From the NCBI GenBank assembly GCA_000934665.2, contig JYFJ02000741.1:1-64000 (forward strand): a stretch of DNA of 64,000 nucleotides, read 5' to 3'. Below are positions 10,801 to 22,800 of this stretch, piece by piece; position 1 is the first letter of the stretch; every line of letters starts with the position of its first letter. Under the pieces are notes generated by a model. It searched no databases and was not told the origin of the DNA. It saw only the letters and a list, made by a program, of their open reading frames with translations. The stretch comes from Catajapyx aquilonaris. Taxonomy: Eukaryota. The position numbers and the translations under genes were made by a program.

Positions 10801-13800
10801 CAACTTAGATATTGTGCTTCCTTTGTGCTCTTAAAAATAGAGCAAAAGGTATCATCCTTCACTGCATGACATCCATCAAATTCGAATTACGTATTTCCAC
10901 CTAAGCAATGAAAAAAATTTCATTATTTTCCTGCGATTTCCGACGTACAGTTCATTTTACAGGATCGTGTTCTTGGTATATCTGCTCTCTGTTATTGAGA
11001 TTCTGCACAATACAGGTCCGCTTCCATTTCATAAACCGGTAATGGATTTTTCCTGTACCATCCTCGTGCGTCATTTTATAAACCTACACGTATATACGCA
11101 CACAAAGGAGCTTTACTGTCCGAAGAATATTTCATTCCGTCAGTCATCGCACGTTGTTAGCGCAAAGCCCTAATTATACCAAAGCGGACAGGGAGTCTCA
11201 TTACCAGCTGAAAAGGGAGAAGACCCTCTCATCCATCCTGGATCGCTGATAAACTGCTTAAAACCAGCTTTTGATTTACGTCAGCCTCATATTTTGAAGC
11301 CGAAATAGGCCATCCTAGAATATAATTCTCCGGCAGGCTGCCATGGCCCAATACGTGTTTTATTTTTGAAATGATGGCATAGAAGGAAAAAAAATCGCTG
11401 CCGTTTTATTGCCGATTCGCGGGCCAGAAAGGAGGCCGTGCACCTGGACCGATGGTGTTTGACCTTTTCCTGCACGCACTTGGCAGTAGCCGGTTTTTCC
11501 AGAAGCACACTTCCTTTCTATTTTTACACCACACGTGGGGTACATGCACTCGCCCACACGTACGCGACTCAAAAATGTGCGGAACAGCGACAACCGGCCA
11601 GTGACACACTCAACCAGTGCCCTTGACACAAGCCCGCTATTTTTATATACCGTTAGCACAATTTTAGATCACCTTCTAACACTGTATACCCAAGAAAATC
11701 GAACCCTTCAAGAGCAACAAGTGACATTGGGCACTTGTTGAATGTGCCTTAAATATTAGAGAGTTGATGTGAAGTGGCCTTATTAGTGCTGCGTACTAGT
11801 TACCACGCTATCCATTATTTTTAAAGCATTATTATTGATGTTGTAATGAATGTGTGCCTGGGACATTGCTTGTTCTGGAAGGAGAAGAATTTGCATTCGT
11901 GGTGTGGAATATGAATTTTTTTCCCCCCTGCAGGAAGCGAAGCTGTCGGGGTGGGGCTGAATGTTGACGCAGCAGTGTTAATGCGATTCCAAATTAGGGC
12001 GGAAATTAATCCTATATGCAGGAGTTGGCCGGAATATTTCCCCCAGATTTTTTACAGAGGAATTTCAAATGTAGAGCAGGTTGCTTGGAATCTCTGAATT
12101 TTGTGCCACAAATAAAATCCAAATAGCCAAAAAGGAGTTAGAATAACATTTTTCCTGCACTATTACGTGGAACTACTTTCATCGTAGTTTATACCATAGG
12201 CCTAGTTCTAACGGTTTGAAATATATGGAAAAAAAATAATGATTTACTATCATTTTTTTTCTTAGATTCTTCCCACGTAGCACATTTGATATTGTGAAAG
12301 GCACAGGATCTTGATTGATTTATTAACAGCCGATGGCGTCAAGTGTAAGGAATTGAGGGCAAGGAAACCAATTAGCGATGGTGAGTGACCTTGCAAATGG
12401 AATTATATTTTTTGCCGTACCAATCGAGTATAATTCCAACCGACGAGCCTGGCAGGCTCGAATTTTCAAAAAGAAAATGCTGGTGTGTGTAAAATCTGCG
12501 GTTAGTTGGCAAGACTTGAGGGTTTATCTCCTGGAGCGTAATGACCACTATACGGAAATGATGGGAAGCTCTCCATTCCGCTATCTGTACTCTCTCGTGG
12601 GGTTTGAACCACTCGAAACCTGGTATGGCTATACCGAGTCATGAAAGAGAATCGTTTGTGTCTGATGGGTAACCCCCAACGGTGTCGTTTTTATGCGGCC
12701 TCATCCAACCATTATGAATGCAAGTGGCGGCAGTGAAAAACCTGTGACGCATTTTTCGAATGGTTGTCAATAAATACACAGTTTGTCAATGATTGAATGG
12801 GGACATTGGAGCAGTGTTCTTTATAATTGAGTTTGTCAATGCTGCACTTTAATCGGGGTGTCAAATTGCTGATTTCAGACAGGAAAATGTTCGTTAACCT
12901 CATTTCCTTTTACATACCTGATAAAGCGTGAAACCGTAGTCGAAATGTGACATTTTGGGATTGGAATACTGTTGAGCTGCCGTTGCACACACAGCACTAT
13001 CGGATATGTGAGCGACACTCGCTGTGGAGGTCATCATTTATGCAGAGCCTGTACTCAAATCATTCGGAAACATCCGCCGGCTCTCTCTTTTTTTATCAGA
13101 GCCAGCCCACAAAATCCTCCACAACTGTTGAATATTGCAGGTAAAGCTGGTGCTGTACAGTGCCCATCTGGTTTAATTACAGTTCCCAATGCCGAAATTG
13201 TAGCCGAATACTTTTGAATGATGAAACTGTTCTTTAAAAATGTGGGACGATGAAAATCCACGTCTGTATAGAAGTAACTGCTACTTCATAATAATCGACA
13301 CTTTCCTGCGACAATGTGTCAGTTCTGAAGCAGGTCGTCAATTTCCAGGGCAGGCATTTCTGGAGGGGGGTCGCCATGTACGCCTCCGGTTACAAGTACA
13401 CTTTATTAGATCCCAGTTCATCATGCAATTTAGGCCAACAAAGGCACTTGTCTTTTGAATGGAGCCCGGTCTGCAGTCAGCGGATGTTGCATGTATAGAA
13501 GGGCGCCCCGGGGTCGTCATGTCCTCTCTCCCTTTGAAAAGCCAATGGCTGTCTTGGGACTACTTGAAGTGAGTACTGGCGCATTTGCCTTTTCCTCGTG
13601 GACAAGAAAATAGCCCGAGCCTGTCACTGACCCCAGGAGTAATTGCCACTTTGGTCTGGAGTGATTTTACACGACCGCGGAGGAATTAGATCCGCTTTTC
13701 TCGTATTCCGAAACCTTGGGTCTGGTTAGTCTTTTGAGGAATTGCATTATTCTCATCAACCTAATACCAGGAAAACAGCATTTAAAGTCAGACAGACTAC

Positions 13801-16800
13801 ATGAAAATTGTCATTCTGCATTTTTTGCGAGCTAGATCATAAAGCAGGATTTTTAAAGAGTAGTCTGCCAAGATAAACGTCCCTCAGTTTATGAAAACAG
13901 AATAATGGCCCTGTAAATGCGGCAAACCAGGCCACGAATAATATTGATACTATTAATCGCATTAATTCCATTGCACACCCAGGTTTTGCACATACCTCTA
14001 ATGACTTGGCATTAACCGCATACGGTCCATTGCACCCGAGTACTTTTAATGCACTATATTATTTTCAAACTGCAGCTGTTATTACGGGGCTTCATATATG
14101 GAATGATTTGTAACATAACAGTGCAGTGGTAAGAGTATTAGTAATCTGGTGCACCTTAAGCTGCTTTTGTCTGCAGAGAGCAACATTTTTTTGCACTGTA
14201 TTATTTAGTCTCCATAATTTAAGTACACAAGTCAGTCCCTTAACCCCGCAGTTCTTATGTCATGTTGTCCTGCCTACTGCTCCTTGTTTACAGCTTCCCA
14301 TCTGCTATAAAAACCTACGACAACATTCCAGTCAGCCGACACACCTCAGCCTTCATCCAAATGCAAGTGACCCCCGCCGTTGCCCATACGTAATAAATCT
14401 GGCCGTGCAGTACCCGGCATCCTCTCCCAAGTCCCAACATCATGAAATTCAAAGTGCTCTAAAGATGACGTCGAACATTATTCAGTCTGTGACGTAATCC
14501 TGACCTCGGTTCTTTAGAAATTTCTGACTGCCGCTGTGGGGTCACACGATACCTGATATTCAGAGTTGTTTTGTCTGGCAACCGCGTTTTGTTTGGTTAC
14601 TTGGCGCGTCACAAGCTGGTTTCAGCCCAGCCCTATAGGGTTTATTCTCCTTATGTAGACTCATTTGCATGCAGACCAGGAGTTGACTTGGCTCATGAAT
14701 TGGCGGGGAGGACCAGAAATGGTGTAACCTCATCCATCTTCCTAATAGGCGTATATAGTGCGCCGGGACCAGTACTTTTTTTCGGATTAGATGATTCAAT
14801 ATTTTGGGGCCGTGTGGGATGGAAAACGGGGGATGAATAAAACGGTTTTCACTTTTGTGCTGCAAATGGATCAGTCGTGTCCTGAATCGATTTGAACAGC
14901 GGACTGCCCACTTGTGGGTTTTAGATTGATACTGTCCAGCGGGATAGTTTAATGAAGCACGAAATTTGAGATGAAGTGGTGGAAAGGGTAAAAAATTGTT
15001 TCCATTATGAACACACTTCCACGAGGAAAATGTGTAGCTTTACAGTGTTAAGTCTTCGAATACATGATTGAGACACACTTTTACATAATGGAGTTAAATA
15101 TTACGTATGCGCAGACGATCAGATGAGGAGGTCAAGACCTGCGCATAACATTTGCACAAATAACTCCGTCTCTTCTGTTATCCAATCCTTTTGAGTCCGC
15201 TTCTGAGCATTATTTTACAGACGGATAAAACCGTGTTAAGAGCATGGCCACAGCTCTCGCAAAAGCCAAATCAGTTGTCAGCATTGGCTTGTGTCCAGAA
15301 AAAGTGTTGGCTCCCGACCTATGAATGAGAAGGATGCACACACTACTTAAGTGTAATAGATAACTTGCTCTGACGATAAGGCTTAAACGCGGCACCTAAT
15401 AGAAACGTCTGGCTTTGAAGGTTCCGACTACAAGAGCCAATAAAATTCACCTGAACACAACACTCGCGTAACATCTTGTTTCGATGAAATAATAATAAAA
15501 AATCGCAGCAGGCGTCTACTGGAACAATAGTGTGACCTCGAGACTATTTATTATACAGCGTATGTATATTTTCTTCATACATCTGTCATTCACAGCATGT
15601 AGCATACTTCCAATACTGCGCGTCGTATTTTGCGCACCGCTTTTTTATATATATTTGTTATGACCAGACGAATAATTCTTAAAGGTCACGTTTAGTGTGC
15701 GTAGTTCTTCCCAGAGGAGGTGTGGACAGTTTGGTTAATGGATGACGGTCGTGGATTGGCCGGTCGAAGGACATGCTCCCGATGCATATATTAAGCCGGC
15801 AGCGCCGTCATGAATATTGCAATTGTTCGAGTGTACTTGTGCATAGTGTACCGAGAGGTGTCTGTATACGGACAGTGCGCGTGTATGTAGCCGGAGACAT
15901 GGTGGACGTTACAGGTGGGTTCAGTGCACGAAACATTGACTAAACAATGGATTTGTGATTAATACGGAAGCAAAACAGCGTCAAAAATAACATGATGTGA
16001 TACATGTCCTCTGGAATGGACGTATCTAATGGCCTTGACGTAACAGTTGGTGCATTCATTGCGAAAATTACGTGTCAAACCGTAGCATCGAGGCATGAAA
16101 CTCGAGGAATTGATTATGTCTTCCAAAGACGTTAGCACCTTAATTCAACCGTGGAACCCCAAAAAAGAGGACAGGCAGTTCGATTGGCTTGTGGTCTCTT
16201 CCTGTTTGGTGTGTAAATCCCTAAGGACTTGGCCTTTTCTTCAGACTGACACGAAATTCGATTTTCCGGAGGTCTTGTCAGTGCGCGGCGGAGTTTGTAT
16301 TGGTCCAGGTCCTGTGTCTTGATTTCCTGAACCGGGTGTTATAAAAACATCTTAAGGCCTTTTCCTTCCAACACTCACAGTGAGTACAGTACAGCATTTC
16401 AAAGGGCTTGGATTTAGAGTAGGTCATGCAAAAGCTGCGATTTGGCATAGATATGTTATTCACACTAAAGTGTGGAAATCGCGACTGGTGGAAAAAAGAA
16501 GCTGTTGCCTCGAGGATATGGATTTAATTAGAAGTTGGAGGCCGTAATTAATATAGGCCTACGGGATATATCCGGTTGAAGGCAGATTAATCCTAAATGA
16601 TCGTACCTTTTTTGCAAGGCTGCAATTTTGGTGAGAAAGTCTTAGTCTCTTTTTTTGGCTCTTTTAGTTGGGACCTGAGACACTCTTGGCCCAGTTCGTG
16701 ACTAACAAGCTACAGCACCTCTTCCATTTTAAGCTGCCTCGTTATGCATGCTCAGAAGCTTACATGGAATAAGGAACTAATCCAATTCATGTCAAATAGA

Positions 16801-19800
16801 TTTTGGAAGTGAAGAGGCGTGATTGTCGAGTTTTTAATTTCAAGGGAGCTTTGTCGAGGTGATTATAGTGGTGTAATTTTTTGGCCGATTGTGTTGTAAG
16901 CTTGTAAGTACTAAACTTACGACATGAGCCAGTGTTTATGACTCGTTATGGATTGCATGCTTTGGGAAGTCATGCGACGCAACTCAGTTTTGTCGAATGT
17001 CTACTGCGCAGCATGGTGTATACAGTTTCCGAGCCAATGATATGCCAGAAAATATGATATGCACTGTAGTATACGATCAATGTACTCCTTAAACTATATG
17101 CGAATATATTCCACGTGTTTATATTTTAAAGTCTGATATCAAGAGGCATTTCGGCCCCCCTAATTGCATGTTGTTATAAACTCGCAGTTGCTGACAGAAC
17201 TGTTTGGCACCGAAATCATGATGTTCTGTCGAAATAATTGTTGTAGACTTTACAAACATCAGCTTAATTTTTACGGTTACTGTATACATGATGCAAACAT
17301 ATTTTTTGGTATAATTTAGCTATAAATGTAGTGTACACTTGCGAGACTGGAATGCGTGTTTTTATAGAGAGCCAAATTGAAGTACTATACCCATGCAATG
17401 CCATTTTTCAATGATTCATTCATTGAGGAGCCAATATGCACTGTAATACCTATCTCAAAGCTAACATTGCAGGAAAAGGCAAACATACTGTAAGATGTTT
17501 ACTGATGTATTCTTTATCACAGGGAAGTTGATGTTGACTGAGAATTGCACAGTAGGCTTAAAGATTGTACTGTACACTATATGTTAACATGCCAGTAGAC
17601 AGTACTGCGGTTCCAAGCCGAGTTTAGTTAAATTAATTGTCCGATATGTATGATTAAATGTTACATTCCTGTCTTATGGCGTAGAGATTTTTTTGTAAAG
17701 TCCTATTAGATTATGTTATCTGTATGTCACGGATAACAAGTGAGTGTTAGCGCCTTCCGTTACATTTTTCGAGTGTATATAATATTTTTCGCAGCTAAAT
17801 AATCACTAAAATTATTCTGACAGCGGAAAGTGCCACACATATGATAACAACTCCAGTGCTCTAGATATGACACCTTTTTGCATGATTATGTCACGGATTG
17901 ATTGATTGATTACTTTTTATGGCGCAATATCAGCACTAGCTGTAATGCGTCAAAAACAAAGTTATGCTGTGCCAGCTATGTTATGAGCTTACATTATCAT
18001 CGATGAGCGAAAGGTTAACATTGATGCAATGAGAGGAGGTAAATAAAATAAAATAAGTGGATATTTATAAAATGAAACATATGTAGAACAAAGTTTCTAG
18101 TGATTATGCCACTGATCACGTCAAACGTGACGTATAAAATGATACGGGAAGATAAATTTAATCCCCTACTTGAATTGCTCTACCCTGACTTTTGCAATAA
18201 AAATTGCACAGTCTTCTTGCCGTAACTCATAAAACCTCAGCCAAACTTCTCCACCTTGCCAAAACCCGAAATGCAAATACTGCATGCATGGCCAAAACTT
18301 TCTCCAGGCTCTTTACAGCAAAGTAAGGCTATATACACTGCTTGAAATTTGCCAAAATCCTGCTTGCTGGCCCCATAAATATGTAATAAGTGCCCTCGAA
18401 AACCGATGTCTTTTCCCCGAGCAAATATCTTATGTATTCATAGCATTAATCTCATCCATATTTTGCATTTCAGGAGCCGGGTCGTCCAGGCAAGAACCCT
18501 TGGCTCCTCAACAACTTCTGGGAAAAGGAACCTCTCGACTGCTTCCTCCAGTGAGATTTTCTGTCACTCTTCTTATTTTTGGATGCATCTTCCGGGTACA
18601 TGCGCATACTAGATCTGACGAAAATATAGAGCATGTTTCTAGCCTTGTTAGGAGTCTTACCTCTCGAGACTTCGTTAGCGCTTTTCTCTGTTGTCCAATC
18701 GTAGAACCGGAGAAGTTGCACCAGGAATAGCTCCCAGATTGGCAATTCCGCGGTCCCGACGTGAACCTTGACTAATGGTGCAGTTAACCTGTTCTTAAAG
18801 GTTTTTGGTCTAAATTTAAACGCAGCCTGGCCTGGGATTAGTCTTGGTTTTTGGAGACGCCTCGATTCATATGGCTTTAATGACAAGTGTTTAGAACTTG
18901 CCTAGCTAATTACATCCCTTGTGCTGCAGGCAACTCACTCCTAATGGTGTCTCGCATTTCATATCTGTAGTTGCTGTGAAATTATCGGTATTTTTTGGGA
19001 CTCTCAACATTTGCATATATAAAGGGTACTAAATTCTTATCTGGTGCGCTGATGGCAAGGGAAATAAAATGCAGAGTTTGTATACCGCCTCGACAAAATG
19101 TAAGCTGCCAGCCGTGGCTTTTCAGACAATCCTTATTGATGTCCGATATTGATGGGGCTGGAGAAGATTCAGGCCCGTTTCTGCTCTCATTTTGTGTGCT
19201 TAAAATGTTCGTAGCTTTAAGAGGAGGCTGTCAGAAACTTTCTGAGCGGTTCTCTCCATGATGAAAGGTAATCAAAGAAGGGCTTTTCCTTTGCCATCGA
19301 AGGTGTTCAAACACTGTGCTTTGTTTCAGCAGCCGACAGCGGAAGTGCGATTTGGTTCCATGCGTCTATCAAGACCACCTCTTAAGGTAAATTAGCATTA
19401 AAGACCCCTTCCCTTTTTATGCAACCCAGTCTATAGTTTGAACTGTGTGTAACCGCAATATTGACCTCCACTGAGAACACCCTTTGCTGCGGGTTGATGA
19501 CAGTTGGGTACAGTAAACGTCATTTTGGCAGTACCCATACCTGTGAAATAAGGGAAGACCTGTTGCTTGGCAACTATACGTTCCTTTTATAGGCTGCAGA
19601 GTTCTGTATTGACCGACGAAGAAAACTTTCTGGCCGTGATTGTATTTCAAGCCTGCTAGGAATAACAAACCATATTTTCATATGATATGCGGATGGCAGA
19701 AGTTGGAATTGGAGGGAGAAACTAAAACCGGAAGAGAGGGGGGGGGGAAGCATGCTATTTTCCAGGATGAATAATAGATAGTCTGATCCACTTTTATTGT

Positions 19801-22800
19801 TCATTGGGCAGATATAGCACAGGAAGTGCAGGCCTTCCAGGCTTTTAGCGTAATGAGGTGTACCTTACGGTTGGAGGACACTGAACAGTGTTTTGTTAGG
19901 TCCTGGGGAAATTTGCAGTTAGGTTTTTTAAACACTGTTGCGATCAAAAAGCACCGAAATGTTTGAGCAAGTTTACTGTAACGTAAATTAAACCAAACAA
20001 TAACATTGTACCACTGTTATAAGCTTATTTATAAGCTCCCACTGTACGGATTAGTGCCATGGACTTGATTTCGTGATTTTAGCATGGTTTTGTGCATGTC
20101 AATATAGAGCTAGGATTACAGGATACTTCATGTAAGCACATAAGCAGGTCAGAGCCACAATAGGAGGAACTCGCTTCATGCACGGAGTTTTAATAAAAAT
20201 ACAAATAACTGAAAACCATACTCAGTCGTTAGGCTACATTATTGGCATTTTCAGATTACTGTAGAGCAGTTGGTACTAGTACAGCCTGTGTTTACCCTCA
20301 AGCCGTGCATTCATGTGCGATGCTGTGAAATGATGCGTGACTTTAAATCGCACACGTTTAAACTCTTTACTGTGATGTCATCAAGGCTTCCCATCTGTTA
20401 TTTAATATGCCATATGTATAGAAGCCAATTCCCGGATGTCATGGTCTGTTACGCTTTGTTTACTAAAGCAACTGCAAAGCGAGTGCCACAGAAGCCCGCT
20501 AATAGCAGGTTACATTAATGCATTAATGACAGTTGCATTTGCGTCTGTGTATTATGCAACTCCAGCACACGTGAAAAAGGCCACCGAGGTAATGCCTCGT
20601 GTTTCGGTCGAGCTATAAAATAACAGATAACACTTGCCATTTAGTGTGACGATAGAAAGTCAACTTACAATGATGCGCCGTAGTTACTTTATTATACGAA
20701 TCCTCAAAACAAAAATGTGTAATATTATACACGTTGTTATAAAAATTGAATCACCTATATCAACTAACAATATTATTTCAAGTCATATCACGTGCGAAAC
20801 TGGAAACTAATGCTAGACGCGAAATACTGCTGAAACTCGCACACTGTCATAAATGCATAGCATCGCAGCCTGTAGGCTATTTCTAGACCTCCTGCTGCTA
20901 TCTCCGAGCTTTCAATAATGACGGGGGCCGCCCTTGGTCTGAGTTGATATCCACTCCAGTTAATAGCCTGCTCTGTCCCTTATCAAACTCTAACACTTTC
21001 CAATATTCTGCCCCCGACCTTCATTCATATTGAAAAACATGTTCACAGATACTCCTCGTGTTCGCCAAAGATGATGCTCAAAGCGAAGCTTTCCTGTCGG
21101 CAGCAGACAAGCTCCGATACGAATGCACCCAAGTCCGCAGCTCCGAATGCGCCCTAGAATCCTTCCAGGACAAACATCAGGATGTAATCCTCATAGACTG
21201 CAGACATTCCAAACACTTTGACGGGGAAGCCCTCTGCAGGTATATATACACAGTCAGAAGTAAGGTAGCAGACCAGAAGTTGAAATTAGCCTCCAATCTT
21301 TTTTATGGGAGGCTATATAACTTCAGCTTCAGGTCTGTTACTTGTCCAAATCCAAACTCTTAGTATTTTCCCTGTGTGTAACCGGATATTTCTGCAGGTC
21401 CATCAGGAACCTCAAGATGAGCCAACTCACCGTGATAGTAGCCGTGGTGAAAAAGAGGTGAGGCGGATGACCTCCCGGACCTTTTCCGATAATTTAAATC
21501 CTCGTCCTCTTTTGTGTACCCACAGCTTTGCAGAAAGAGAAGACGCGCCCATATTACCTCTCCTGAACGCTGGATTCGACAGGGTAAATATGAGCAAGAT
21601 TAGTTAGATGCTCTCTCCGGCACTCTCCAATGGCTTGATCCTAAGCGTATATCTCCGACATCCGGCGCTCTCTTCACGCTGAGGCCAGTGTCGCATGATT
21701 GGGCACGGGATCTAATTTTCAATCACGGGAAGGGTGATTGGAAGGGAACTTGTGTGCTGCAGTTGTAATGAACGGAACAGACAGCTGCGGCTGAAAGCGA
21801 TTGATGGTATAGGATTGTGCTGCTCAATGTCTTTCCAGATATTTTAAAACCCCAAAAACTTTCTTAGCATCTACATGGCGACATAATATATTACATGTAC
21901 CTTAAAAATATCGAGCTGTAATGCATTTTTAATTCCGTGCAGTCTGGCTGGGCTTAAGAGTTGACGAGGAATATATGGTTCTGGGCTTTCTGGGATCCAA
22001 TTATTTTTACCATCAAAGTCGGTCTGAAGGCCCCCGTGGCAAGACCTCTCCAAACCTCAATCAATTCGTAAAACCCGGCTGAATAAATAAAACGGAGCTC
22101 CCCGGAACAACGGTTGAGGAACATTAGTTCCATTTCGTCGCATGGCTTTCCGGATGAAGGGTAACGGGGCCTGAGCAGGAGAGATAAGCAGAGATGAGCA
22201 CACAATCGGAATCGAAGGATGAGGTACATCCCATGATGATGGGAGGGACAAAAAAGAAGAAGATTACACGGAAGGTCGTCAACCTGACAAATGCTTATAT
22301 AGTAACGGAGCAAACAGTATGTTCCAAGACACAACGCGTGCCAAAATTTTTGTTGCTTCTTATATCAGGCGGATATGAGGTTATGTCCGTAGGAAAGCAA
22401 TTTCCTGGAAGCATTATTACAGAAAGTATGGGATGGCAAATTGGCCGAGAGAGATGTCAAGAGAAAAGCTGTTTTTGGGGCTGAGGCCTGGAGGGCGCTT
22501 TAGCGGCGAACCCTCGTCGCCCTCGCAAATTGCATTTTGCGACCTAAAAGCAAACCGAGATGTATTTTAGTTGACACTTATTCCTCCCTCTCAGATGGAA
22601 CAATGGGTTTTTTGGTTCCTTCTGATGATTATATCTGTCTGATTCCTTCCTCCGGACAGTGCTTTGTGGAGACCGGAAACGCCAGCGTTTGTGTGAACGA
22701 ACTTCTGCAGCTGGAGCAGGGAGAAGTGCAGCTTAGATTTAAGTTAGAGGCAGCCAGTTCGCTATTCACAGCTCTAGACAACTGTCGAGATTTGGTCCAA

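Noticed and set aside
12597..12611. Pol III B-box-like TGGTTCAAACCCCAC on the minus strand (tRNA or SINE?)
   Set aside because: No matching A box or cloverleaf could be found.
12972..13146. Strong donor CAG|GTAAAG at 13141 as another PDE8 first exon
   Set aside because: The ATG-containing frame gives phase 2, incompatible with exon 2, and the phase-1 frame has no ATG. It could still be a non-coding exon.
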